Below are positions 18,991-27,358 of a stretch of 47,584 bases of DNA, piece by piece. The stretch is from the NCBI GenBank assembly GCA_965541585.1, contig CBEUCH010000020.1, forward strand, positions 1 to 47,584, given 5' to 3'. Position 1 is the stretch's first letter. Each line of letters opens with the position of its first letter. A program made the translations under genes and the position numbers. The notes under the pieces were generated by a model. The model saw only the letters and a program-made list of their open reading frames with translations. It was not told where the DNA came from and ran no database searches. Source of the stretch: an uncultured bacterium (GTDB taxonomy: Bacteria > Zixibacteria > MSB-5A5 > UBA10806).

Positions 18991-19731
18991 TTGCAGCCTG
19001 CACAAAGCAAATTGCGTTTGATCAAATTCCCGCCGTTGACAGAGGCCATCTTCGTAAAACGGCTCAACCGTTTCACGGTTAGAGTAATCATCGATGACAA
19101 AACGGAAATAGCCCATCTGCATGATCCCGGCCGCCTGCAGGAACTCTTGATTCAAGGAGCAACGCTTTATCTCAGGAGAGCAAACGGCAAAAATAGAAAA
19201 ACCAACTGGGATGTGATTCTTGTCAAGAAGGGCCGTCAACTGGTAGCCATATACTCCACGTTGGCAAACCGGCTGCTCGCCCATCTATTGAGAGAGCGTC
19301 AGCTTCCCGGGCTTAAAGAGTGGAGGTTTGCCAGGAGCGAACCCCGATTCGGAAGGGGGAGATTCGATTTTGAACTAGCCAGAGGAAAACGACGAAAGTT
19401 TGTGGAGGTAAAATCGGTATCACTGGTGGAGAACGGCATTGCAAAGTTCCCCGATGCTCCCACTGAGCGGGGCAGGCGGCATCTAAGGGAGTTGGCGGAT
19501 GCTGTTAAGATGGGTTACAAGGCTATAATTCTGTTTGTCGTCACGCGTCATGATGCCGAATCTCTGCGGCCGAACTGGCAGCGAGATCCAGAATTTGCCA
19601 AAGCACTTGATCATGCTATAAGACAAGGTGTTAAGGCTATAGCATTCAAGTGTAAGATCAAGAGAAAATCGATGGTTCTTGATTGTCAAATCCCAATTTA
19701 CCCCGGGGAACGGAATCGAAAATGCCCATAA
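18991..19731 (+). CDS. sfsA: SfsA-family nuclease (sugar fermentation stimulation protein)
   Basis: KRLNRF, HDPGRLQEL, RFDF..VEVKSVSL and FPDAPTERGRRHL. Confidence 0.93.
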   Translation: MQPAQSKLRLIKFPPLTEAIFVKRLNRFTVRVIIDDKTEIAHLHDPGRLQELLIQGATLYLRRANGKNRKTNWDVILVKKGRQLVAIYSTLANRLLAHLLRERQLPGLKEWRFARSEPRFGRGRFDFELARGKRRKFVEVKSVSLVENGIAKFPDAPTERGRRHLRELADAVKMGYKAIILFVVTRHDAESLRPNWQRDPEFAKALDHAIRQGVKAIAFKCKIKRKSMVLDCQIPIYPGERNRKCP

Positions 19732-19912
19732 GAGATTCGGAAATCCTCACAATATCCTATCGAACTTTTAAGACCTGATTGATCTGAGTTTGTTGGCAGG
19801 TTGACAAAAATCTTGGCTTTAATCCGGATAAATCATCTTTAGTCATAGCAAAATCGAACATCTTTCGAATCTTACATCTTGTGAAATAAGTAACAAAGTG
19901 CCCAAATATGAG

Positions 19913-19941
19913 TTGACAGCAACAAAGGCCAAACTTATGTT
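19913..19941 (+). promoter_or_regulatory. Putative sigma70 promoter of the dcd locus
   Basis: TTGACA-N17-TATGTT, about 50 bp upstream of ATG 19991. Confidence 0.5.
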
Positions 19942-19990
19942 CTACCAAATGGAAACTGCTCGAAGGCGTAGCTGAAGAAGATGGAGAATA

Positions 19991-20161
19991 ATGGCAATCA
20001 AGCCAGATAGCTGGATCAGGAAAATGGCGCTGGAACAGAGGATGATCGAGCCGTTTGCCGAAAGCCAGGTGCGAAACGGGATCATCTCCTATGGAGTCTC
20101 ATCCTACGGCTACGATATCAGGATATTAAGCAAAAAATATTTCATAGGATTGGTATTATAA
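19991..20161 (+). pseudogene. dcd: 5' fragment of a canonical dCTP deaminase gene
   Basis: Hand translation [45 protein letters not shown] matches the usual Dcd N-terminus. After 20125 it reads into AT-rich sequence and stops at TAA 20159-20161. RBS GGAG upstream. Not in the ORF track. Confidence 0.88.
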
Positions 20162-20183
20162 TTATTCGATAAAGGAGGTTACG

Positions 20184-21188
20184 GTGTCGATATTGGCGGC
20201 TGATAAAATAGAAGAGCGACTCAATGAAATTTTCATAGACGGAACATATGATGTAAGCAATATTGCGGAGGCAACATACTGCTTAAGATTATCCAACAAA
20301 TACCTGTACGTCAACGAGACGTGGTATGACGATGACGAACCGGTTTTCGAGAAGATTACTATTAAAAGAGGCGATATAGTATGTCTTTCGACCATCGAAG
20401 AATTCAAGATGCCGAATAACCTTGTTGGCCATTATGATCTCAAGTTTAAGAAGGCCATCCGTGGATTAGTGCTTTTGAATGGTGGTAGGGTTGACCCTGG
20501 ATATGGGGCAAAAGTCGAGGGCAAACCAGACAATACGGGCCAAAAATTGTTCGTATTTGTAATGAATATGGGGCCCGATGTGGATATCGATGTGGGAGAA
20601 CAGATTCTTATTGTTGAATTTCACGTAATAACAGGAGAAGCAAAAGTTAACGAAAAAGTTAGGCAAGATAACCACATATATGTAAGAAGATTTATTGAGG
20701 ATGTAGAAAGTAGGGAGAAATACGGTTTCCTTCCTGACTATACAAAACGTGTCAAAAAGGTCGAGAGCAAAATTGATCGATTTGCGAAATATCAGAATTT
20801 CTTGCTTCTTGGTATTGGTGCTATATTATTAATAACTTTACTCGGCGTTAGCGCTAGCTTTCTTTTAGCGTATACCTCATGGAGTAGTGACAGGCAAGAA
20901 ACATATCCTCAAAAGTATGAAGAATCACATAAACCGTTCAAATCTATTTGGCACGTTAAGGATACAGTTTCAGTTGATGATAGCTTATTTGTTCTTTTCA
21001 ATTCTGCTGTAAATCCAAAAGTTGGCGAATATTTACAGATTGTTAAAAAGACTAAAGTAAAGGCTGGCGACAATTACGAAGATGTTGGAGTCGCAAAGGT
21101 AGTCCGGAATGTAAATGGGGAAGTTAAGGCAGTAGTATTAGATCAAAACGAGATATTTAAGGGAGATTATTTTCTTGTCAAAAAATAG
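20184..21188 (+). CDS. Degenerate dCTP-deaminase/dUTPase-fold domain, single TM helix, C-terminal beta-rich domain
   Basis: RBS AAAGGAGG; MSILAADKI..ATYCLRLS, LSTIEEFKMP and GGRVDPGYG match the Dcd fold; hydrophobic run FLLLGIGAILLITLLGVSASFLLAY; AT-rich. Confidence 0.75.
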   Translation: MSILAADKIEERLNEIFIDGTYDVSNIAEATYCLRLSNKYLYVNETWYDDDEPVFEKITIKRGDIVCLSTIEEFKMPNNLVGHYDLKFKKAIRGLVLLNGGRVDPGYGAKVEGKPDNTGQKLFVFVMNMGPDVDIDVGEQILIVEFHVITGEAKVNEKVRQDNHIYVRRFIEDVESREKYGFLPDYTKRVKKVESKIDRFAKYQNFLLLGIGAILLITLLGVSASFLLAYTSWSSDRQETYPQKYEESHKPFKSIWHVKDTVSVDDSLFVLFNSAVNPKVGEYLQIVKKTKVKAGDNYEDVGVAKVVRNVNGEVKAVVLDQNEIFKGDYFLVKK

Positions 21189-22344
21189 AAAACAGATCGC
21201 GGATCTAGGAATAGCCGTTTCGGATAGTGGCATTCTAACCGATTCAATATTAAAGCGTGCCTCAGAGCTAGGGATCTTACAAAGCGACGAGCCTATTGAA
21301 CAGGGGCAATATCAACCTGCAAGCCTTGACCTACGGATAGGGAAGAAGGCATTTATTCTGAGATGTAGTTTTCATCCGTTTCGAGGCGTTACTAGGTTAT
21401 TGGATGATGCTTTTGAGAAACTAGTTATAGACACCATTGATTTGACCGATGATAATGGAGCTTTATTGTATCCTGGTAAAGTATACTTGATTCCTTTAAT
21501 GGAAAGTATCTGCTTACCGTCATTTTTATATGCCAAGGCGAATCCGAGAAGCACAACCGGTAGATTAGATATATTCTCTCGTGTACTAGGGGAGACTACA
21601 GATAATTTTGATTATTTCCCCCCGGGAACTGATTCAAAGTTGTTTATTGAAGTTATACCTCGTTCTTTTCCAATACGAATTAGAAAAGGTTGTTCGCTTG
21701 CTCAATTACGCATGATTCATAAAACGGAAAAAGTTAAGCAGCAAGATCTTGAATACGCTCATAAAAAACATGGATTAATCCTCGACAAATATGGCAACAA
21801 ATTAAATTGGCGTGATAGGTTTGAAAATGGCGGTATTTATCTCAGCCTTAATCTATCGGGCCTTCACAAAAATGGTATCGTAGGCTATAAAGCGAAAAAA
21901 TATACGCAGGCTATAGAATTTTTCCGTAACAATTATTACGATCCTATCCATTATTGGGACCCGATTTATCCTTCTGAAACATCTTCGATTATCCTTGAGC
22001 CAGAGGAATTCTGTATTTTGTCTTCCAATGAGAGAATTATCGTTCCTCCAAATATGGCTGCCGAGGTAGCCCCTTATGATGTCTCTGTTGGAGAGATTAG
22101 AACTCATTACGCGGGTTTCTTTGATCCGGGATTCGGCTATAGTATTAATGAAAATATTGGATCACATATAGTGTTGGAAGTTCGTGCCAGAGAAACACCT
22201 TTCTTGGTAGTTGATTCACAGATATTTTTTAAAGTACACCTAGAAAAACTAATAGGTAAACCGGAGGAATTATATGGCAAGCATCGGGGATCCTCATATC
22301 AATACCAGGGTCTGAAGCTTGCAAAGCAATTCAAGAATAATTAG
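21175..22344 (+). CDS. dcd: Long two-domain dCTP deaminase (2'-deoxycytidine 5'-triphosphate deaminase family)
   Basis: QPASLDLR, ANPRSTTGRLDIF, LFIEVIPRSF, RTHYAGFFDPGFG and C-terminal SYQYQGLKLAKQF; overlaps the upstream gene by 14 nt; AT-rich. Confidence 0.88.
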   Translation: MSKNRKQIADLGIAVSDSGILTDSILKRASELGILQSDEPIEQGQYQPASLDLRIGKKAFILRCSFHPFRGVTRLLDDAFEKLVIDTIDLTDDNGALLYPGKVYLIPLMESICLPSFLYAKANPRSTTGRLDIFSRVLGETTDNFDYFPPGTDSKLFIEVIPRSFPIRIRKGCSLAQLRMIHKTEKVKQQDLEYAHKKHGLILDKYGNKLNWRDRFENGGIYLSLNLSGLHKNGIVGYKAKKYTQAIEFFRNNYYDPIHYWDPIYPSETSSIILEPEEFCILSSNERIIVPPNMAAEVAPYDVSVGEIRTHYAGFFDPGFGYSINENIGSHIVLEVRARETPFLVVDSQIFFKVHLEKLIGKPEELYGKHRGSSYQYQGLKLAKQFKNN

Positions 22345-22407
22345 ACGTCATGTTTTAGTTTCGGCTATTTATTATTCTCAAATGAAGAACGCGAAAAAGG
22401 GATTTAA

Positions 22408-22458
22408 GGCAAATATCAAAAACAGGTGGATATCACTTATCCCAGGATCGACGGATGA
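22408..22458 (+). pseudogene. dcd: 3' fragment of the canonical dCTP deaminase gene
   Basis: Hand translation GKYQKQVDITYPRIDG-stop resembles the Dcd C-terminal GKYQxQxxITxPxI motif; an in-frame TAA precedes it. Short, so less certain. Confidence 0.68.
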
Positions 22459-22562
22459 ATCCCATCGTCAAAATAGTGGATTAAGTCGATTAAGGGAAGG
22501 TCGAAATAGGGAACGAAGGCGTTGACGGGGTAGTTGCTCTGTGGTGATAGAAGGAGGATAGT

Positions 22563-23114
22563 TTGAAGGAGATTCGCCTGCACGGAAGGGGAGGACAGGG
22601 TGTGGTTACGGCAGCCGAGTTGATCGCGCATGCCGCATTTGCCGATGGCCGGTATGCCCAGGCGTTTCCGGCTTTCGGATCGGAGAGGATGGGCGCTCCC
22701 GTGCAATCCTTCGTTCGAATCTCTGATAAACCGATCAGGGCAAGAAATCAGATTCACAATCCCGATTATCTCATAATCCAGGATTCAACCCTGTTAGGCA
22801 CGGTGGATGTTATAAAGGGGCTAAAGCCCGGCGGCCTGATGATAGTCGACAGCGAGAAAAATCCTGAAGATCTCAATGTCAGGATCGATGGGAGGATCCT
22901 CACCATACCGGCTTCCAGGATAGCGCTTGAAACAATAGGCAGGCCGATTCAAAACACAACGTTGCTGGGATACTTCGCGGCCACAACCGGTTTAATATCA
23001 TTTGATGCTGTTAAGAAAGCGATTGAGGAACGATTCCCGGGTATGATCGGCAAAAAGAACGTGGCTTCGGCACGGAAGGCCTTTGAGATGATAGAAGAGG
23101 GCGCCAATGTCTAA
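22563..23114 (+). CDS. porC: Pyruvate/2-oxoacid:ferredoxin oxidoreductase gamma subunit
   Basis: EIRLHGRGGQGVVT and FGSERMGAPV; RBS AGGAGG. Confidence 0.93.
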   Translation: MKEIRLHGRGGQGVVTAAELIAHAAFADGRYAQAFPAFGSERMGAPVQSFVRISDKPIRARNQIHNPDYLIIQDSTLLGTVDVIKGLKPGGLMIVDSEKNPEDLNVRIDGRILTIPASRIALETIGRPIQNTTLLGYFAATTGLISFDAVKKAIEERFPGMIGKKNVASARKAFEMIEEGANV

Positions 23115-23364
23115 ACCGATACAGGTTTCGGTTTCGCCCGGGACATCGAAAGTCAATAAGACCGGGTCCTGGCGCACCATGCGGCCCGTATTCAAGCACG
23201 ATACCTGCAATGATTGCCGGATCTGTGTTCTGGTCTGTCCGGATGCCTGTGTCACGGGCGCTGACAATGTTTATGATGCCGACCTGGATTATTGCAAGGG
23301 TTGTGGAATCTGTGCTTATGAATGCCCTGTGGATGATATCGATATGGTGTTAGAGGTGAAGTGA
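23107..23364 (+). CDS. porD: 2-oxoacid:ferredoxin oxidoreductase delta subunit, 2x[4Fe-4S]
   Basis: KTGSWR..RP, two CxxCxxCxxxCP motifs, DYCKGCGIC. Confidence 0.93.
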   Translation: MSKPIQVSVSPGTSKVNKTGSWRTMRPVFKHDTCNDCRICVLVCPDACVTGADNVYDADLDYCKGCGICAYECPVDDIDMVLEVK

Positions 23365-24563
23365 TGATAAATATGATCCAGGGCTCTACGGCGGTGGCGG
23401 AGATGGTAAAACTATGCCGTCCGCACGTGGTGGCCGCTTATCCTATTACGCCTCAGACCAAAATAGTAGAGAGCCTCTCAAAATTCGTGGCCGATGGCGA
23501 ACTGAAGGCGGAATTTCTAAATGTCGAATCGGAATTCGGCGCGGCATCGGTAATCCTGGGTGCATCCGTGACAGGGGCGAGGGCATATTCCACTACGACA
23601 TCCCAGGGCCTGCTTTTGATGGGCGAGGTTTTGTTCAATATCGCAGGACTGAGATTGCCCGTGGTGATAACATGCGCCAACCGGGCCGTATCGGCGCCTA
23701 TCAATATCTGGAACGATCATTCCGATGCCATGGCGGTACGCGATGCCGGTTGGATCATGCTTTTCGCAGAGGATAACCAGGAGGCGGCGGATATGCATCC
23801 GCAGGCATATAAGATCGGAGAAAACCCGGATATCTGTCTGCCGGTTCTGATCAATATGGACGGCTTCATCCTGACCCATGCATTCGAACCGGTGGATATG
23901 CCCGAGCAGCAGGAGGTTGATGATTTCCTGCCGCCTTATCGCCCGGCGGAATATATGACGGTCAAAGATCCGAGGACATTCGGTCTTCTGGCGGAACCTC
24001 AATGGTATATGGAGACGAGATACAAACTGCAGGAGACCCAAGAGGATGTCAAACCGATCATAGAACAGGTTGCGGATGAATTCAAAGCGAAATTCGACCG
24101 GTATAGCGGCGGACTGATTGATACATATCGGATGGATGATGCCCGGCGAGTCTTCGTCGCCATGGGATCGCTGGTCGGCACAGTTAAAGAAGTAGTGGAT
24201 GATCTTCGTGCCAAGGGCGAAAAGGCGGGTTTGCTGAAGATCAGATCGTACCGGCCGTTTCCAAAGGAAGAGATCGTCGAGGTATGCAAGGATGTTGAAG
24301 AGCTTATGGTTCTGGAAAAAGCGATATCATTCGGCTCGGGGGGGATGCTGCAGGAGGAGATGAAAGCCGCATTCTACAAGCAGAAAAACCAACCGTCAAT
24401 ATCGGGATTCGTGGTGGGATTGGGAGGACGCGATATCCCGCCTTCATCGTTGATCGATATCTACAAGGCCTATAAGGGCAGGGTCGTTTCCAACAAATTT
24501 ATCGATCTCCGTCCCGAAGTCGCCCCTGCTGATAATCCTCAATCAGCGCCGGTTGACGGATGA
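23361..24563 (+). CDS. porA: 2-oxoacid:ferredoxin oxidoreductase alpha subunit
   Basis: AYPITPQT, VESE, TSQGLLLM, NRAVSAPINIWNDHSD and GLGGRD. Confidence 0.95.
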   Translation: MMINMIQGSTAVAEMVKLCRPHVVAAYPITPQTKIVESLSKFVADGELKAEFLNVESEFGAASVILGASVTGARAYSTTTSQGLLLMGEVLFNIAGLRLPVVITCANRAVSAPINIWNDHSDAMAVRDAGWIMLFAEDNQEAADMHPQAYKIGENPDICLPVLINMDGFILTHAFEPVDMPEQQEVDDFLPPYRPAEYMTVKDPRTFGLLAEPQWYMETRYKLQETQEDVKPIIEQVADEFKAKFDRYSGGLIDTYRMDDARRVFVAMGSLVGTVKEVVDDLRAKGEKAGLLKIRSYRPFPKEEIVEVCKDVEELMVLEKAISFGSGGMLQEEMKAAFYKQKNQPSISGFVVGLGGRDIPPSSLIDIYKAYKGRVVSNKFIDLRPEVAPADNPQSAPVDG

Positions 24564-25492
24564 TTGGAAGATATATGACTGAAGCTGCAACAAACAAAAA
24601 AGCAAAACCGCCGGTAACCGAATCGCTCCTTACCAGTGGTCACAGGGCCTGCTCCGGATGCGGGGAATCGCTGGGCGCAAAACTGGTGATGGACGCTGCC
24701 GGCCCGAACAATATGGTCACCTGCGCTACCGGATGCCTGGAGGTTTTCTCTACGCCTTATCCGGAGAGCGCCTGGCGGATGCCGTGGATTCATTCGCTGT
24801 TCGAAAACTCTGCAGCAGTCGCTGCCGGAATTGAATCGGCGCTCAAGGCCTTAGGCAGGGAGGACGAAGCAGGCGTTATCGCGCAGGGCGGCGATGGCGG
24901 GACCGCGGATATCGGCATCGGCTGTCTATCCGGGATGCTGGAGAGAGGGCATAACATTCTCTACGTCTGCTACGATAACGAAGCTTATATGAATACCGGA
25001 GTCCAGCGCTCGAGCCTGACGCCTTACGATGCCAGAACATCGACGTCCCCGCCCGGCACGCAGAGTTGGGGCAACCAGCATCAGAAGAAAAATATGCTGG
25101 AGATCTGCGCGGCGCATAATATACCGTTCGCAGCTACGGCCACCGTGGGATACCCCCAGGATCTCATAAGCAAGGTCAAAAGGGCGATGAAGATCAAGGG
25201 GCCGAAATTCCTGATGGTTCACGTCCCCTGCCCGCTGGGATGGATCTATAAAACCGAACTCACTATCGAGGTGGCCAGGACGGCGGTCTTAACCGGTTTA
25301 TTCCCCGTAGTTGAAATGGAATACGAAAAAATCAAACGGGTGCGCAAGATCGGCAAGAACCGCAAGCCGGTGGAAGATTATCTGAGATTGCAGGGACGGT
25401 TCAAACATCTGTTTGCCGAGGCCGGCAAAGAGGAGCTGGAGAAGATACGCCAGATCGCCCAGGCGAATATTGATAGATACGGTCTGGAATAG
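24560..25492 (+). CDS. porB: 2-oxoacid:ferredoxin oxidoreductase beta subunit (TPP-binding)
   Basis: GHRACSGCG, ATGCLEV, GGDGG..DNEAYMNTG and PCPLGW. Start may be ATG 24575. Confidence 0.95.
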   Translation: MIGRYMTEAATNKKAKPPVTESLLTSGHRACSGCGESLGAKLVMDAAGPNNMVTCATGCLEVFSTPYPESAWRMPWIHSLFENSAAVAAGIESALKALGREDEAGVIAQGGDGGTADIGIGCLSGMLERGHNILYVCYDNEAYMNTGVQRSSLTPYDARTSTSPPGTQSWGNQHQKKNMLEICAAHNIPFAATATVGYPQDLISKVKRAMKIKGPKFLMVHVPCPLGWIYKTELTIEVARTAVLTGLFPVVEMEYEKIKRVRKIGKNRKPVEDYLRLQGRFKHLFAEAGKEELEKIRQIAQANIDRYGLE

Positions 25493-25513
25493 AGAAAAAG
25501 GTAGAATCAATCC

Positions 25514-25690
25514 GTAGGGGCTGATCTCGGATCAGCCCTTTTTTTCGTAGGGGCGTATTGCAATACGCCCTCATTGCGGGTGTAGACGGGCGAATGTCAA
25601 TTTCCTATGGATCTGTAAGACGCCCCTACCCGGCATTCCCGTGAAAATCCTACGGCCATACGGCCCGTAGGGATCTGTAGGACGGGAATC
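25514..25690. repeat. Cluster of GTAG-type REP-like hairpins; the first also fits the por operon terminator
   Basis: GTAG-GGGCTGATC-TCG-GATCAGCCC followed by seven T; GTAG-GGGCGTATTGCAATACGCCC perfect palindrome; an inverted end CGCCCCTAC at 25621-25629; nested ATTCCCGT/ACGGGAAT and CCTACGG/CCGTAGG stems. Confidence 0.75.
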
Positions 25691-25858
25691 CAGTTTTTTG
25701 TCGGGTTTCTCATTCCTCTTTGCTCCATTCGGAACTGACCTACAGGATTTTAGGAATATCCATTGTCACCTTACCGCTTGAACCGTATGGAACCGTATTA
25801 TATATTCTGATGTTAAGAATTTTGGATTTAGGTGAATGCAGAGAATTGGGGAGCAGTA

Positions 25859-26404
25859 ATGGCAGAAAAGTCCGAAGAAAAAGGGCTGGTAATAGTCTAC
25901 ACCGGCGACGGCAAGGGTAAAACCACCGCCGCGCTGGGCCTTTGCATAAGGGCCGTGGGGTATGACGAAAAGATCTGCATAATCCAGTTTATCAAGGGAA
26001 GCTGGAAATACGGCGAGCTGGATGGTATCAAGAAGCTGGCACCCAACGTGGAATTGCATCAGAAAGGGCTTGGTTTCGTCGGCATAATCGACGATAAACT
26101 TGATAAAACCGAGCACATAAAAGCCGCCGGCAAGGCGCTGTCGTTCGCGGGGGAAAAGATGCAATCGGGGAAATATGACATAATCATACTCGATGAAATA
26201 AACGTGGCTGTTAACCTCGGCCTGATAAAAGTCGAGGATGTATTAGAGTTGATCGAAAACAAGCCGGAGCTTATGGACCTGGTTCTAACAGGCAGGAACG
26301 CCAAACAGGAAATTATTGACAGGGCCGATCTGGTAACGGAGATGCGTGAGATAAAACATCCCTTCAAAAAAGGGATAAAGGCCCAAAAGGGGATAGATTT
26401 TTAG
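25859..26404 (+). CDS. cobO: Cob(I)yrinic acid a,c-diamide adenosyltransferase (CobO/BtuR)
   Basis: YTGDGKGKTTAALG, QFIKG, ILDEI, LTGR and KHPF..GIDF. Confidence 0.95.
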   Translation: MAEKSEEKGLVIVYTGDGKGKTTAALGLCIRAVGYDEKICIIQFIKGSWKYGELDGIKKLAPNVELHQKGLGFVGIIDDKLDKTEHIKAAGKALSFAGEKMQSGKYDIIILDEINVAVNLGLIKVEDVLELIENKPELMDLVLTGRNAKQEIIDRADLVTEMREIKHPFKKGIKAQKGIDF

Positions 26405-26416
26405 GAGATTGTAAGG

Positions 26417-27337
26417 ATGCAGGATTGGGACATAGTGATAGTCGGTGGAGGACCCGGCGGTCTTTGTGCGGGATTATATGCCGCCAGGGCCAAAAGGAAG
26501 ACTGTGAGTTTGGAGAAGCTCTTGCCCGGAGGCGAAATCATCAATACAGAATGGGTTGAGGATTATCCGGGTTTTGAAATGATAGGCGGCGCGGAGCTGG
26601 CGATGAAATTCGAGCAGCACGCGCGGAAATTCGGCCTGGAGATTATCACAGACAACGTGACGGAAATCTATAGCGACGGCCGCTATAAGATCGTGAAGGC
26701 GGATGACGACGAATATCGAGCTAAGGCGGTAATCGTGGCCACCGGTGGCAATCCGCGCCATATCGGAGTTCCGGGCGAGGAAGAACTGGCCGGCAAGGGT
26801 GTCTCCTATTGCGCTCTCTGTGACGGCGCCTTCTTCAAAGACGATATCATTGCCGTCGTCGGGGGCGGCGACGCTGCCGTAGAGGAGGCCGGGTTTCTCA
26901 CCAAGTACGGGAAAAAGGTTTATATCATTCATCGGCGTGACAAGCTCAGAGCCCAGAAGATCATCCAGGACAGGGCTTTCAAAAATGAGAAGATCGAGTT
27001 CGTATGGGATTCTGTGGTCGAGAAGATTGACGGCAGCGACAAAGTTGAATCTGTCACGATCAAAAACGTAAAAACCGGAGAGGTTAAAGATCTTGCAGTC
27101 GGTGCGGTTTTTCCGTTCCTTGGTTTTGTGCCCAATTCAAATATCTTTCGCGAGGAGATCAAGAAAGACGATGCCGGTTATATCATCACCGACGAATATA
27201 TGGAAACGTCGATAAAAGGAATCTGGGCCATCGGCGACGTTCGTAAACAGCTTTGCAAGCAGATAACCAATGCCGTTGGCGACGGCACCACTGCGGCGGT
27301 GGCCGCGGACAAATATATCGAGGCCTGGGATGACTGA
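26417..27337 (+). CDS. trxB: Thioredoxin-disulfide reductase
   Basis: GGGPGG, GVSYCALCDG, GGGDAAVEEA and IHRRDKLRA. Confidence 0.95.
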   Translation: MQDWDIVIVGGGPGGLCAGLYAARAKRKTVSLEKLLPGGEIINTEWVEDYPGFEMIGGAELAMKFEQHARKFGLEIITDNVTEIYSDGRYKIVKADDDEYRAKAVIVATGGNPRHIGVPGEEELAGKGVSYCALCDGAFFKDDIIAVVGGGDAAVEEAGFLTKYGKKVYIIHRRDKLRAQKIIQDRAFKNEKIEFVWDSVVEKIDGSDKVESVTIKNVKTGEVKDLAVGAVFPFLGFVPNSNIFREEIKKDDAGYIITDEYMETSIKGIWAIGDVRKQLCKQITNAVGDGTTAAVAADKYIEAWDD

Positions 27338-27358
27338 TGGTAGCGCGTGAGATTTCCG

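Noticed and set aside
20126..22407. Intron or intein explanation for the interrupted dcd
   Set aside because: Joining the two fragments gives only about 61 aa without the catalytic core, and no RT, homing endonuclease or intein motifs are seen.
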